This document shows, piece by piece, positions 13,370 to 27,170 of a stretch of 64,000 bases of DNA. The stretch covers positions 74,960,001 through 75,024,000 of the forward strand of contig CM052817.1 in NCBI GenBank assembly GCA_028534125.1, written 5' to 3'. Source of the DNA: Lama glama. Taxonomy: Eukaryota. Below the pieces are notes generated by a model. The model ran no database searches. It saw nothing but the letters and a program-made list of their open reading frames with translations, and was not told the DNA's origin. The translations under genes and the position numbers were made by a program. Positions within the stretch are counted from its first letter, which is position 1; every line of letters begins with the position of its first letter.

Positions 13370-14630
13370 CTTTTATTGGCAAGCGTCTTTGAAAACAAGC
13401 TACATTTACTCCTTTCTTTCCAATAATTTAGCTAGAATTAGCACTATCATAAATTTCTACTAAGAAAATCTAATTGCAGAATAGATCTTTTTCTCAGTCT
13501 TTATTTTCTTTGATCAGATTTTACAAATTCTGTCTTTTTATGATAGGATTTATTAAACTGGGTAGGTTTCTTCTATTACTCCTATCTTTTCTATTGCAGT
13601 GGCTTTCCTCATCTTTCAATGCAGAGTAATTCCTAAGCCTCATACTTACTTCTTTCACTCCTATGAAATTTATATACTTTTAAAATAAAATTATTTTAAC
13701 CATCACCATATTACATATGCCCATTAAATACACATCTAGCTTGGAACTCTTTCCTGAGTCACAGTCCATTTGCTAATTGCCTAAGGAACTTCTCAAGTCA
13801 AATGCCTTCCATCACCTCAAGTTCAGTATATCTAAAATTTAATCTGTCTCCATTTCAAAATCAGACTCCTTCCAGTGCTCTGATTTCCTCTAACGCTGCA
13901 ATCATTTCTAACGTTTTTCCCAAGGCTAAAACCAATCAAGGTCATGCTCCAGTCTCTCAGCATCTGCCACCTACTGTGTCTTCAAGAGTTTTCCTCTCAT
14001 GATCCACTTTTTAATCTTTTCATTGCCTCCAGCTACTCCAAACTCTTACCTACCCAGTACTAGACCATTGTAAATGTTAGCCCAGTCAAAAATAGTCAGT
14101 GGCTACATATTATCTACTGTAGCTTATACAAATGCTATTGTCTGACACACAGAATCCTCTCAAATGTGTCTCCCGTGTCATTTTCCGAGCCTACCTCCCA
14201 GAGTTGTCCTTCTGCCATCCAAGTCCACATCATATTAAATGAAGTTCCAATGGGGAAATTTTTCTGTGTACATCATCTGTGTTTCATCCTCCATGGGAAA
14301 TGACATTCTGCTTAACTTTCATATTCACCTATTCGAGTTGAATTTATAATTCAAAGCCTAGAGCAAATATTGGTTTCTCCTCTAAGCCTAAATGATGCCT
14401 CTCCTACCTCCCCAGCCAACCAGCTTGGACTAACAGCTCAGCCACATGGACTGCACTTAAAGTCCTGCCTTGAGTACATTATTTACACCATTTAATGACA
14501 TTCTACCATAAGTAAATTACGGATGCATTATACTTCCAGTTGGACTTAAGAATAGTCCATAATATTTGTATCTGCTACCACTTTACCATACTTAGTGTGG
14601 GGTCTCAAACATTTATTGAATAAATAACTC
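13370..14630 (+). mobile_element. L2 LINE, degraded 3' portion
   Basis: ctctttcctgagtcacagtcc...cacctcaagttcagtatatctaaa and terminal aaacatttattgaataaata are typical of L2. Confidence 0.6.
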
Positions 14631-14647
14631 AATTAACTGAAATTCCT

Positions 14648-15118
14648 TGTGTTAATTTTATCTGTCAACTTGCCTGGACCACAGGATACCCAGACATTTG
14701 TTCAGATGTTATCCTAGGGGAGTCTGTGATGGTGTTTCTGGATGAGACTGATACCTGAATTGGGAGCCTGAGTAAAGAAGATTGCCTTCCCTAATATGTG
14801 TTGGCCTCATTTAGTCAATTGAGGATTTAAATGGAGAAAAAGGCTGAGTAAGAGGGAACTCCTCCTATCTGACAGTTTGAGCTGGGGCATCAGTCTTTTC
14901 TTGCCTGTAGACTAAAATGAAAAGGCAGCACTTTCTGGATCTTGAGCTTTCTGGCTTTCAGATTGGATCTTACACCATCAGCCCTCCAGGGTCTTCAGAT
15001 TATGGGACTTCTCAGCCTCCATAATCACGTGACCCAATCCCTTATAATAAATTAATCTCCCTGTCTCTATCTCTATCTCTTATTGATTGTGTTTCTCTTG
15101 AGAACCCTGACTAATGCA
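14648..15118 (+). mobile_element. ERVL solo LTR (MLT2D-like)
   Basis: Starts tgtgttaattttatctgtcaacttg and ends gtttctcttgagaaccctgactaatgca. Internal ggacttctcagcctccataatcacgtga is MLT2-typical. Confidence 0.88.
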
Positions 15119-15129
15119 TGAATATATTA

Positions 15130-15352
15130 ATTTATTCCAATGTTATTGAGATGAAATTGAATGTAACACTGTATTAGTTTAAGGTGTATAATATAATGAT
15201 TTGATGTATGTATATATCGCAAAATGATTACCACAAGTTTACTGACTATTCATCACCTCACATACTTACAATTTTTCTTTCTTGTGATGAGAACTTTTAA
15301 GAGCTATTCTCTAAGCAAGTTTCAAATATACTACAAAGTATTGCTAACTATC
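15130..15352 (-). mobile_element. L1 3' UTR fragment (L1MA9/L1MA8-like)
   Basis: ttattgagat...gtttaaggtgtataa...atgattaccaca...catcacctcacata...gtgatgagaacttttaaga is the reverse of an L1MA 3' end. Confidence 0.82.
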
Positions 15353-17213
15353 AGAATCAGACTTCAGAGTAGTTTTGGAAAAAAATGAGAGATCTTAAGA
15401 TTAAGAAATCGTTTTTCTTTAACAGAACCTAGGGAATTATTGTGCTTTTGAAATGAATTTTATTGCTCAATTAGTTACTTGATGTTTAAGTATGAAACAG
15501 TTTCAATTACAAGTAAGTCACTCAAACAGAACAAACACTTAAAGGTTGTCAAATATTACTAATTGTCATTAAGGGAGAACATTCTATTTAAGAAAGCAAA
15601 TTAGCTTTTTAAAACTTCAGCAAACTATTATAGGAAAAGCAAGGATAGATTACTAAGTATTTTCTTTGCTTAATGTCACTTTCAAATTCTATGGAATTCA
15701 ATTACTTTAAGGGCATTTTTTCAACATACATATTTTTCTTCTTTGTTTTATCCACCAAACATATCATCCATATAAAGAGCCACATAATATTTTTCTGCAT
15801 GAAACATTGCTACATACAATACTCTTTTCTCCAGAGCACTCCCTCCATAGCCATTTCTTCCTTCCCTAAACACAGGTAAATTCCCAGTATCATCTTAACT
15901 CCATTCAGGCTGTGAATCCTTACACACCATGAAGGTTAGTTTGGACAACACCACACAAGGATTTGATTTTTCCTTGCCACCTAAGTCACTCCTTTGAAAG
16001 GAAGACATTTTATTTCCTAAAGGAATGTGTAGTAAAACATTCAGATGACAAGGTGTGAAGCCAGTGTAAAAATATGCTAGCTATACCATAGAATGTCTTG
16101 ATTACTTAGGAATAAGAAAGCAGTAGTTTATCTAGAACAGTGCATCCCAAACATTTTGGGCTAGAGATCATTGAGAAGCGAAGCACAGGCTCCCAGAGCC
16201 CAGCTTCACAGCCCTTTCCTAATCTGGTAGGCAGAGAGAGGAGTGGAGAGTAGCACGTATTTTTTTGCTCGTAACAATTACAGATCTTTTCCCACAAAAA
16301 ATTGGAGAAGAAAAATGTAATACATATTACTGTATTAATAAAGGTATGATATTATGGATCAGTAGTAGGGGTTTGGATATATGTATCTGAACAATACATA
16401 TTTCCCTCAAGATCTAGTTATTTTTATAAGTCAAAATGCAGTTGAAGCATGCCTATGTCTGTCCCTAAACACTCCTGTAATGCAAAAATTTAAAATTATT
16501 AATTATAAGTGAAATTAAACTAATAGTAATTTACTTTCAAAAATAGAAAAAGATAACCATTGAGAGCAATGACCAACCCCACTCCTGATGTACTGATTTC
16601 CAAGTCTCTTCAACCCAAATTGCAATATTTGCATATGTACATATGCAGCAGAAATTTTGCCATATTAACTAGTATGTGTAGCAGGTTTCTTCATACAAGA
16701 CAGAGTTAAGATCCTCTGTACAATACGGAAATGTGTCAATTTGAATTTTGTTAATGAAACCTCTTTTTCAATATAAACAATATAGGCACTGAGGAGTCAT
16801 TAACTATTTTAAAATTCCTCTTTGGAAGCAATTTCAGCTGCATTATTTTGACTTTATTTTTTCACAAATGGCTAAAAGTGAAGGAACTCAATCAAAATTA
16901 TTAAAGTGTGTTTCCATATTATTCTATTCAAATAAGTGATTTGTCAGTGATTGCAAGATGGACTATAAATCTTCTTTTACCAATTAGTACCCTGGGCAGA
17001 GTTTTACATAAACACCAGGAGACAAAATTAAATGGTGTCTGTGGTAGATGTGTGTTATTTTACTTTTTAAGATTCCAAAATTCAGAATCTTCATAAAATA
17101 AGTTGTAAAGCTAAGATAATAAAGCACTTATAAAATTTATATAATTATTATTAAGCTTACTGTTCCTGGTCAGCAAAATATGTATCAATCAATACAATCA
17201 AAAATAAGGTACC

Positions 17214-17950
17214 GGAGAATACTACTCAGCCATAAAAACCNNNNNNNNNNNNNNNNNNNNNNNNNNNNNNNNNNNNNNNNNNNNNNNNNNNNNNNNNNNN
17301 NNNNNNNNNNNNNNNNNNNNNNNNNNNNNNNNNNNNNNNNNNNNNNNNNNNNNNNNNNNNNNNNNNNNNNNNNNNNNNNNNNNNNNNNNNNNNNNNNNNN
17401 NNNNNNNNNNNNNNNNNNNNNNNNNNNNNNNNNNNNNNNNNNNNNNNNNNNNNNNNNNNNNNNNNNNNNNNNNNNNNNNNNNNNNNNNNNNNNNNNNNNN
17501 NNNNNNNNNNNNNNNNNNNNNNNNNNNNNNNNNNNNNNNNNNNNNNNNNNNNNNNNNNNNNNNNNNNNNNNNNNNNNNNNNNNNNNNNNNNNNNNNNNNN
17601 NNNNNNNNNNNNNNNNNNNNNNNNNNNNNNNNNNNNNNNNNNNNNNNNNNNNNNNNNNNNNNNNNNNNNNNNNNNNNNNNNNNNNNNNNNNNNNNNNNNN
17701 NNNNNNNNNNNNNNNNNNNNNNNNNNNNNNNNNNNNNNNNTTTTATATATAATTTATATATAGTATAAAAAACAAGGACCTACTATATAGCACAGGTTTA
17801 TATTCAATTTCTTATAATACCATGCAGTGGAAAGGAATCTGAAAAGAATATATATATATGTAAGTATATGTATAACTGAATCACTTTGCTGTACACTTGA
17901 AACTGACATTGTAAATCAACTATACTTCAATTAAAATTAAAAAAAAGAAT
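17214..17950 (+). mobile_element. Young 5'-truncated L1 (artiodactyl-type 3' end) interrupted by an assembly gap
   Basis: Left of the gap: gaatactactcagccataaaaa (end of ORF2). Right of the gap: aacaaggacctactatatagcacagg...ctgaatcactttgctgtacac...aactatacttcaat plus an A tail. Confidence 0.85.
17241..17740. other. Assembly gap (500 N)
   Basis: Run of N. Confidence 1.
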
Positions 17951-18269
17951 GCCTTAGAGGAGGATAGATTGAAAATATAGGGACCAGAGTGATTCATTCA
18001 CAAAATAAGACTCCAGGGAAGAATGAATTGGGATCAGAGACACAGAATGAGGAGCTCGTAGTAAAGAGGAAGAGGGACACTTCTTCATCTGATATTTTAG
18101 AAAGAAAAAGAAGGATGCATGCATATTTAGATATGTTTTATGTATGAGAAATACTATATTAGTGAGATCATATGGGTAACCTTCATTTTCTTTATGAAGT
18201 AGAGGATACAATTTTTTTTAAAGGCTAAAGGCTGTTGAGTAGAGGGCAACATGATGTGTGTTTTTTATT

Positions 18270-18990
18270 ACCTTTGGGAGGAACAAGTGAGTGGAATGAC
18301 AAGTAAGCACATAAAGGCTCAACTGATCTAGAGATGGAGAAACAGGGTGGCTATTTCCCAAACAAGAGAGCTGAAGTCCCTGACTTAGTTCAGAAGTTTT
18401 CGTAGTGTTGTTAGATAGAGACAATAGTAAGGTCTCCTGAACACAGTTCTCAGTGGCACAGCCTGGACACTCATGTTCCAAAAGGAGGAACAACACAGGC
18501 TTCCTCCAGTGCAAACCTTCCCACCTTAAACAGTTCAAGGACTGATCACTTAGTGAGTTTAGTTATATACAGTGGGTTAGGGAAACTAGGTGATGTTTAA
18601 TACGAACTTCTGTCCAGTCAGTGAGTTAAGCTCCTAGCAGGGCAGTCCTGCCGTTACTTTATCTCCTAGGTGGCATCACCGTGACCTCCTGACCTCCTTT
18701 GCTTTAGGACAACGTGAACTTCATGTGCTTAACCTGAGCTTAGTGGGGCTTCTTTGCATATGTGCACAATGGCAAATCTTAATATACACCTTCTGAAGTC
18801 CTTTTTACCTTGTCCTTTAAGGAGTTTTTAATTGGACAGTTTCTTTTTCTTGATAAGCTCTTCTCTCTGGACACAAAGGGCTTCTTAGGGGGTCAAACTA
18901 GAAAAGCTGGGTCCCTCTGCCCTGCATTGAGGGTGGCTGATCCCTTTGTCCCAGGGTCCATAAGCACTAGATGTGGTCATTTTGTCACTG
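18270..18990. mobile_element. Probable old LTR remnant (family not identified)
   Basis: Block with raised GC and LTR-like composition. No diagnostic termini recognised. Confidence 0.3.
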
Positions 18991-20638
18991 CAGATTGATA
19001 CAGTGGGTATATATGCTAATTAATATGAGTCTTTTTTTTTTCTTATTGAAAGGAGTGTCTCTTGCTGAAAGCGGATGATTACTATTACTATACTGTTATG
19101 AAAGTATTAAGTTTGTGCTGAGAATCCACTGCCATTTGGTAAATGACATTTGTTCTTTCTGTGAAAGAGAGATGCCCTGGAGTGTGTTAGTACACAGACC
19201 CTTATGATGGTGAGTTCATGAAGAACTGTTAGACTTGCTCTGATTTCGGTGATGGATGATTTCACAGGGAGATCGCAGGCAGATTGGGCTCTTCTAAGCC
19301 ACTTTCTCAATGGCTCCAATGGTAAAATGACCATGGGCCCTCTCTTTCTTTCCAGTTTAATCTGACTTTAATATTTGCCTTGACGTCCGCATGCTGAAGC
19401 TTGCAGGGTGTGGTGTGGCGTGGACAGCTGCATGTCTGCAGGCGCCAGGAAGTGATGTGTGGGCTGGGAGCATGCCACGTTAGTCCCATGTGTGAGTGCT
19501 TTGCTTGCAGTGCTTAAAAACATCTGCGTAGTCTTCAGCTGAAAAAAGCAAAATCTTACCAATGTGATGTTGTAAAATGAAAGCTGCTAAAAATCTGAGG
19601 AGAAGAGCTAAGGAATGTCTGGGACCTACTCTGCCCTAGAGACCGCACACGGCCCTTTTGGATTATGTGTTCTTGAAGGTGCAGGCAAGGCTTTTCAAAA
19701 AATTATATAGAAAGTAAACTCTTCCTCTTTTTGCAAGTGGTTGAAAAGGAGGCTCTTCCAGGTAATTTTATCATCTTTTTCAGTATTCACATATTTACTC
19801 TGGAAGTCTTGTTTTCTACTGTTTTGGAGCCTCCTGGGTTAATGAAACAAAAAAATAACTTTTTGTTTAGAATAAGTATTCTTGACAAATGAAAACTGCT
19901 TTTTTTTTATTTGATTTGTTTTGAAAGTAAGAGAGAGAGGGGAGAACTTTGTTAATTTAATTATGACATTCAGTCTAGGATGAAGTATTTGATTATTAGA
20001 CAGCAATATCACTAATAAGTTTTAAGCTGTCAGAAATGAATTGTAAACATCAGTCCACTATTCTTAGTTATGGCAAAGACAATTATCTTACAATAAACAG
20101 CTGATATCTGGGTGCATTGTGTGATGTTTGAAACAAAATGTTACAACAATAAATAAATGTAAACTGAAAAAAACCCCAAATATTCCACTTTTTAATCTAA
20201 TGGTAAGTTATTTTGACACATTATATGGAGAGTTCACGTTAGATTTTTTCTCACAAATCAGTTCTATTTATTTAATAATGCAGAATTTACCCACCAATTC
20301 AGATTCCATTTTTATCACTTGTTAAGTGATAATTCCCATTAGTGAGGGTGGTACAGAAAAGCTGCACCACCTAAGCCTAGTGGCAGGTTGTTTGTCAGTC
20401 TTTGGGGTAGCACTTGAACAATGTTTACCAAGCATTTAAAAAAATTAATAAGAAACAAACTTCTGAGAAGCTATTTCAGAATAAATCTCGATTCAAAAAG
20501 ATTATTCGCAATATGCTAGTTGCAGAATTACTTAAATTTTCTGGTTAGTTGCAAACAACCTGATGACTCAGTATCGAAAGAAGTTAACTGTATTTTGATA
20601 CTAACATGTTAATTATATCTTGACCCTGCTTATTGTGG

Positions 20639-21124
20639 TGTAAGGCATATTAATACTCTTATTAATTACGTGCTGCTTTGACATCTGGGGAATAGAGGGG
20701 GCCTCGAAGGGCCTAACCACAAGTTCCCCTTCTCACTTTGCTCCAGCAGAAAAGGTCCCCTAGCCAAAAATCCTCCTTATCGAGCGACTAGGCAGAGTTC
20801 CTCCTTATTCTTGAACAGCAAGCTTCAGTTCCCTGCCAGCCTGCAGAACTTTTTGAAGAAGTCAATTTTATCTTCCAGTAAGAGCTAGAGGCACTGTGTC
20901 CTCTTGATGATACAAAGCCTGTCTCCTAAACCCTCTGGTTGTTCACTCTCTTCCCAAGTACAGCCCCATGTGGCCCTGCATGATATGTGGTGTCTTCCTT
21001 TTTTTTTTCTTTCAAGCTGTGAGTATATATGAGCAATAAACTGCTATTGATCTCATCTGTCCAGAGTCAAGTATTATGTGTTCAGCCACCCTCACAACAG
21101 GGTGACATGGAGGTGATTAAAACA
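20639..21124 (+). mobile_element. ERVL solo LTR (MER68-like)
   Basis: aataaactgctattgatctcatctgtccag...tgtgttcagcca...ggaggtgattaaaaca 3' end, with AATAAA in the expected R-region position. Confidence 0.7.
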
Positions 21125-21339
21125 ATAATAAAATATTATGCAATGATTAATAAAACTTTACAACTACTTACATCACATTTGAGGTGCTTATGTTATAATA
21201 GTAAATAGAAACATGCAGGATTCAAAATTCTATTACTTTCTTCTAAAATATATATACCTTAAAACGATTGGGAGAAAATAACCAAAATATCGTCTTGATA
21301 ATTGTGATGACCATGAAAATGCTCTATTCTCATCTCCTA

Positions 21340-21624
21340 AGGGAGCACCCCTGATTGATGACCCCAGGGGTGGTCCCTTGGATCCATGATCCCCTTTTGC
21401 ACCAAGTGTTCCACACCATCCGACTCCCACCTGATCACTGAGGAGAGCAGGGGTGCTAATTCAGGACTATTCCTGTGAGAAACATGACTCATTTAATGGG
21501 TATCTCTGGATCAAGGATTTCTCATTCATCTAGCATCTCTTCTCCATCCTCCTTCCTTCCAACAAATCTCTTGCATGTCTAATCTCAACTTGGCATCTAT
21601 TCCTCAAAGTACTCAAATGAACAA
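21340..21624 (+). mobile_element. ERVL LTR fragment (LTR40/LTR16-like)
   Basis: Terminal aaatctcttgcatgtctaatctcaacttggcatct...aaca. Confidence 0.5.
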
Positions 21625-24600
21625 AATAGTCTTTGAGGGACTGAATTACTGGTAGTTATAATTTTCTTTTATTTTTTCCAAAGATTGTTGTATTCAAGAA
21701 CATAGTCAAATACTAACCCATTATTCTGTTATTTCATTTGCTTGCAACTTAAACTTGTTTACCATATATTTAATATCATCCCCTCAAACCAGAGAATCCA
21801 TACCATTAAGGACATGAAAATTTGTGGTTAAAAAAAGATCGTCTAACTTAAACAATAGGAATATGCAAAATAGAATAAAATAAATTTCACTAGATAGTAT
21901 TTCATTATATGACACAGAAAAATAGAAAACAAAAACTCCGATTTGTGAAAAGACAAAGGTCATAGCTGAAGTAATGAGTAAAGTCTACATGGTCTTAGGA
22001 TTGGAGCTGGTTCTTCAAGGTAAGATAATACAAGGAAAGAGAGTCGCAGGGACTGTTTGGACAAGGGACATAGAAACTATAGAAGAGGTAAACAAAATGC
22101 ATGTGTGACATGCTTGAAAAGTAATGAGTGACTAGTTATGGAAATATAATTTATAGTCACCCTTAAATTTGGAGATTAAAATACATGCCATGTTATTTAA
22201 CCTATAATGCATGTTTTTGGTTTTAAGAGAACCTGATGAAATGTTTAATCAGTTGACTTTTATTCTGTAAGTGTACCTATCTGAACTACCAGTTAAGGAG
22301 TAAGAACATTCGACATAAGGATATGTGCGTAGTGAATGTTTAAAACCAGTGAATGTATCAGTCACATATGGGTCTAGAAGTACCATGTTGATTCCTGACT
22401 CCCTGGTCAGTGTCTCCTTTGTCAGCTGCATACCAAGAATGTAGCAGAAAATCTAATTCATTTATTGAAAGTCAATTATAGAACTCTACTTAAAATGGAA
22501 AATGTCATTACCAGTAAGGATACAGAAAGATAATGAGAGCATAGCTTGGATTTATCTTATGCCACTGTATGCAGGCCAAGATAATTGGGATTCTAAGCTT
22601 TTGAGTAGTTATCTTGGGAAACAAAGATTCAGTTAGACTGCTTTCTTTGATTGTTTATTAAGGCATAGCAGTTTTAACAGGTAGTAGAGGAACTCAGAAT
22701 TACTAAAAATGTAAATGCTAATTGTGTTTCTTATTTCAAAAATCTTACTTCTCAAAGGAGGAAAATTTTCATTGGTCAGGAAATCTTCTGTAAGTTGACT
22801 ACTGTATAATTTTTTTAACAGAGCTTTTTCTTTAAAAGATCTTTGGAACACAAGTTTTAAAGGAAACTATGATTTTTCTGTTTACTTTCTTATTATTTTA
22901 ATATAAAACATCTCTGGTTGCAATAGTTTACAGCTATAAACTATTCATTTTAAAACACAGATTTAGCATAAACTATACATTTCTATAATTTTAAATATAG
23001 TAATTACATATGTGAATGTATGTGGTATAAATAGTATAAATTTTCTAACAAGAAAAAGAAATAATAGTAAATATTTATAATTTATAAAGTGATCTAAAAT
23101 AAATCCCTTTATCTAGTCATTTCAGCAGAAGGATGAAAATAAAAATCCTTATGTATTCTTCCTTTATAAGTGAACAGTCTACAACAAGAGATTAATGAAT
23201 TTCCCAAGGTTATATAACAGGCAGATGTTAAAACTCAAATTCTTTACCAGGATTTTTACTGCAAGTTTGTGCATCTTTTCTATATATACAGAATCAACCT
23301 AAAGGTACACTTTAATGATATATGAAATATCTACCTCAAGTCTCTGATGTCTAAAGACAGTCTTAACTATAAAGATATTAAAACAAAATCATTATTCAGT
23401 AGCAACAACATTTTTCAACATTTTGATATTGAATAATGAATACAATTACATAATACTCTTCATATCTGTTTATTTTTATACTTATAATATTTTTATCCAA
23501 ATGGAAGAGGTGAAAGAGGAATGGTGGGGGGAGGACAGAGAAGGAATGTGTATGCGACAAGAGCTTTCAGGAAAAGAGAGACTGACTTAATTAAGATCAA
23601 TAAGGCTGTAACCCTAAGGTTCTCTTTCTTTTGTAAGGATGGCGAGCATTAATGAGCTTTCCAGAAAGAAAGAAGTTTGAGAGGCGAGAGTAGTCTGTAA
23701 CACAGTGAACACTGCTAGAGAGTAGTGACCCATGGAAATAGAGTCAAAGCAAAACAAGTCAAGGTAAATAAGCAAAATGTACCACTGGGGAGCTGAAGAA
23801 GATATGGGTGACTTCTGAATGTTAAACATATACTTGCTAATTTGTGGACCAAAAGTTGAGTCTATGAATCCATAGCTAACTGAGAAAGATGTAATTTCAT
23901 CTTCTGAAGTATCTACCTACACATCATGCAAATCCTCAGTAACAGAATTTTTGGTTGTTCTTGCTATCTTGTTACATGTATGCATATTTATACATGTATG
24001 TTTATGTATATATGATGTACAGACATTTCAGAATGTTCTGTGTGATCAGGGACTTTCAAAAATATCTCCAGGGCATAAATGTAGTATCTAGAATCTCACA
24101 TGTGTTCAATATTTTTAGAATCGATGGATAAATAATTAGTTTGAACACCTTCCAATAAATAGCTAATGCTGGAGGCCAAAGTTAGGGTGCTAGTAATTCT
24201 AGTTGGCGTCAGTTCTGAGTCATCATGAATGATTTTGGTATTCAGCGACTTAAGCCACAATATTATGCCAGCTTCAAAACCTTACACTTAAAGTAGAAGA
24301 AATATATTTATGACGAAATATCTGAAAGGAGCAAGCAGAGGATGGGAGAATGACCCTTTGGAATAAACAGGCCATCAAAGATGGGAACTTGAGGTTAAGT
24401 TCACAGGTGACTTCTTCTATGTTAAATGCATGTTTTGACTTTGCATCTGAAGCCAAAATCAGAAAGTGGGGATTAAAAACAGAAGTCAAAACCTCATCTA
24501 GATAGAACAGACTGTATATTTTGTGTGTCTAGAATCAAGCACAGTGCCCTACACTTTATACCTGTTCAATTAATGTTTGTTTAGGGGGTGAATGTACTCA

Positions 24601-24911
24601 AGTGGGCTTTTCTTTACCATTTCATAAAAGAGTGAGAAACTATAAACAGGGACAACTGCAATAAATTTTAGGAAGTCCAATAACCTAACTACCCCCCCCC
24701 TTTTTTTCTTTTTGCTATCTTCAATCTTTTTTATGTGGCTGTTGGCTAGGAAAATCATTACAACTGGATTTGTTCTTAACTTCAGAGGCAACAGGAGGGG
24801 AAAGCTGGGGAAAGAATAGACAATAGAAAAAGGATGGTATTCATATCTCTTTGCAAAAGAAGGGTGTTATGAATACCATCAAAGAAGCCAGAAATTTCTC
24901 TGATCTTTTGC

Positions 24912-24990
24912 AAAAAAAAAACAAAAACAAAAAACAAAACAAAACAAAAAAAACGAAAAGAAAAGAAAAAAAAAAAAGAAAAAAAGGAAA
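24912..24990. repeat. A-rich compound tract, (AAAAC)n then (AAAAG)n
   Basis: Seen directly in the sequence. Confidence 0.9.
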
Positions 24991-25224
24991 GCTAGTGAAG
25001 CAAACCCGAGTCTGAAAAAGGGTCCAGTGGCCTATGTCCATTCGTTAAATTTAACATTCGACAAATGAAAAAAACTGGACTCACCCCATCTCTAATATCA
25101 ATATTCTATCTTCAAATAAAGACTTATGATCATTTATTTTCAAAGCATTAAATAAGCTGTTAATAAGCATGTAAGTTTTTTAACATGTGACTTTTCTGCT
25201 TTAAAAATTAAATTATAAGAAATA

Positions 25225-26820
25225 TTCTGAGAATATGGTTACAGCAACGTATCTCTCTGAATATCCCACAAACATAGAAATATAGGGAAACTAGAAACCA
25301 GAGACTACATCTAATACAAAAGTAGGTGAGCAGTTAGTCCAATGAAACCCTCAAAATGAAAGTGTAGGATCAAACTACCTACAGGCAAGAGATTAATGTA
25401 GTTACAGCACCTGTGGGGGAGGGAGCAAAGTGTGAAACTCCTGAGAACAGACATGTGTCCTTAAACAAATGAGCCCAAGGAAAACATTGAACAGTTACAG
25501 GAATTAGAGAGATCTGGGCATATGGAATTCAGAACAAACGAACAGAAGCTTTCAGTGTGAACAAACTCTATACTGAGTCGGGGAAAAAATCTGTTAGTAG
25601 TAAATCCAAATTAAGCACGGAATGAAAGCAGGGCAAATGCATTGATAACAAGATGTTTGTGTGTCTGTGCACATATATGCATAATATAACAGAACCAAAG
25701 CTGCACATATTGATTAATCAATAAATATAATGGCTTAACTCATCTGTTAGAAGAAAATGTATTCATACTGCTGAAGTCTAAATCCAATACTATGCTGTAT
25801 ATCTCTCCATACTAGTATGAATTCATCTCCAGTTTCTCTTGTTAAGAAAAAAAATTAATACACAGAAGAGTTTGTATTGTATAATAGCATTTATCTAAAA
25901 AAGAGGGGAGTATGAGTAGTACATAGGTATCTACTTCTTTTTTAAAAAATAAAAGGATAAATCAAAGCTAGTTTTTTGAAAAGGTAACCTAAATGGGATT
26001 GATGGAATAGAAAGAAGACAGACACGAATACTAGACTTCTTTGAGTATTCTTTGGTGAATTTTTCTTTGGAAGCATGTGATAAGTTTATATATTTTTAAA
26101 ATTATTTTTTAAAAAGCAATCTATAAATATTAAAAATGAAATGAAAGAAATGAAGATAAATGTGCATCCAGTCAGAGGCATAACCACACAGTAGGCTACT
26201 ATCAAATCAGCCTTTTAATCAAAATGACTGTCCTGTACTTTTTTACTGGACTACATCTTAAGAAGTAAAGGAACCACAAAAGAGTTGGAATGGTAAGTTA
26301 TAGGAAATAAGTCATCTGTGTCCTCTTCAAGTATTCTCAGTGTCGTTGACGACCTCTCAGCATTGCATAAAGGAGATATACATGCGAGACAGAAATGAAA
26401 GCTTGTGGTCCAGTATGAGTTGGGAATATGACATTTAAACGGATAATGTATTTGATATGAAAACAGTGAGCATCCTTCATGGTGCTCATGGCATTTATTT
26501 CACCTTTCCTTTATGAACTGTGCCACAAATAACTGAATAGAAGAGAACTTTCTCTTTCTAGAGGTACTCTAGTTAATGAATAAAGAAGGAATTACAGTAT
26601 CATCATTTCACAACTCCTAATGAATTAATTGATCTAGGCATTGATCATTAATGGCTGCTAAAAGCAAACGAAAGGAGACAGCCAGACGTTATGTGTCTCC
26701 AGATGAAAGAGGATAACCCTTTTTTTGAAGGAGCCTTACTCAGATATTGAGCCTGAATCTCATCTAGTCTCTAGATCCAACTCTCAATTTATAGAAAATA
26801 CAGAGTATGTTAAAGATAAC
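25225..26820 (+). mobile_element. Old, heavily deleted L1 (5' fragment, ORF2 start, L1MC4/5-like 3' UTR)
   Basis: 25710-25800 resembles the ORF2 endonuclease start (ataaatataatggcttaactcatctgttagaaga). 26570-26800 (gatctaggcattgatcattaatggctgctaa...agccagacgttatgtg) resembles L1MC 3' UTR. Confidence 0.65.
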
Positions 26821-27170
26821 TTTTAGACAAATTAGTTAACAAGTGACTGCTTTTTTCCCTGTATCTCTTATTATTATTTACTAAATATAACCTTTTAAAT
26901 ACATGTAATTATTTATCAGTTGCCTCAGTCTTCCAGAAGAACTTTCACAGTTCATTGAAGGAAAATTCAAACAGATTTTTAGAAAATCCTCAGTATTAAA
27001 TATGGCTATAATGCAAATCAGTTCAAGGTGATTTCTGGTTAGCCCTGTGCTGACAGACTGGCTAATGGCATTCTCTGAGAAGGATTACCTCTGATTGAAA
27101 GTGTATCACTGAAATATGACTGTTGAGGAAAAGGATTTAATGTCTTGTTTTGAAGTTATTTTAATCACAG

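Noticed and set aside
15130..15150. Idea that the sense-oriented L1 lost its poly(A) signal through selection (AATAAA to AATAAC)
   Set aside because: Another minus-strand AATAAA lies a few bases away at 15136-15131, and a single decayed motif says little.
17180..17752. 190-aa ORF
   Set aside because: Artefact of translating through the N gap.
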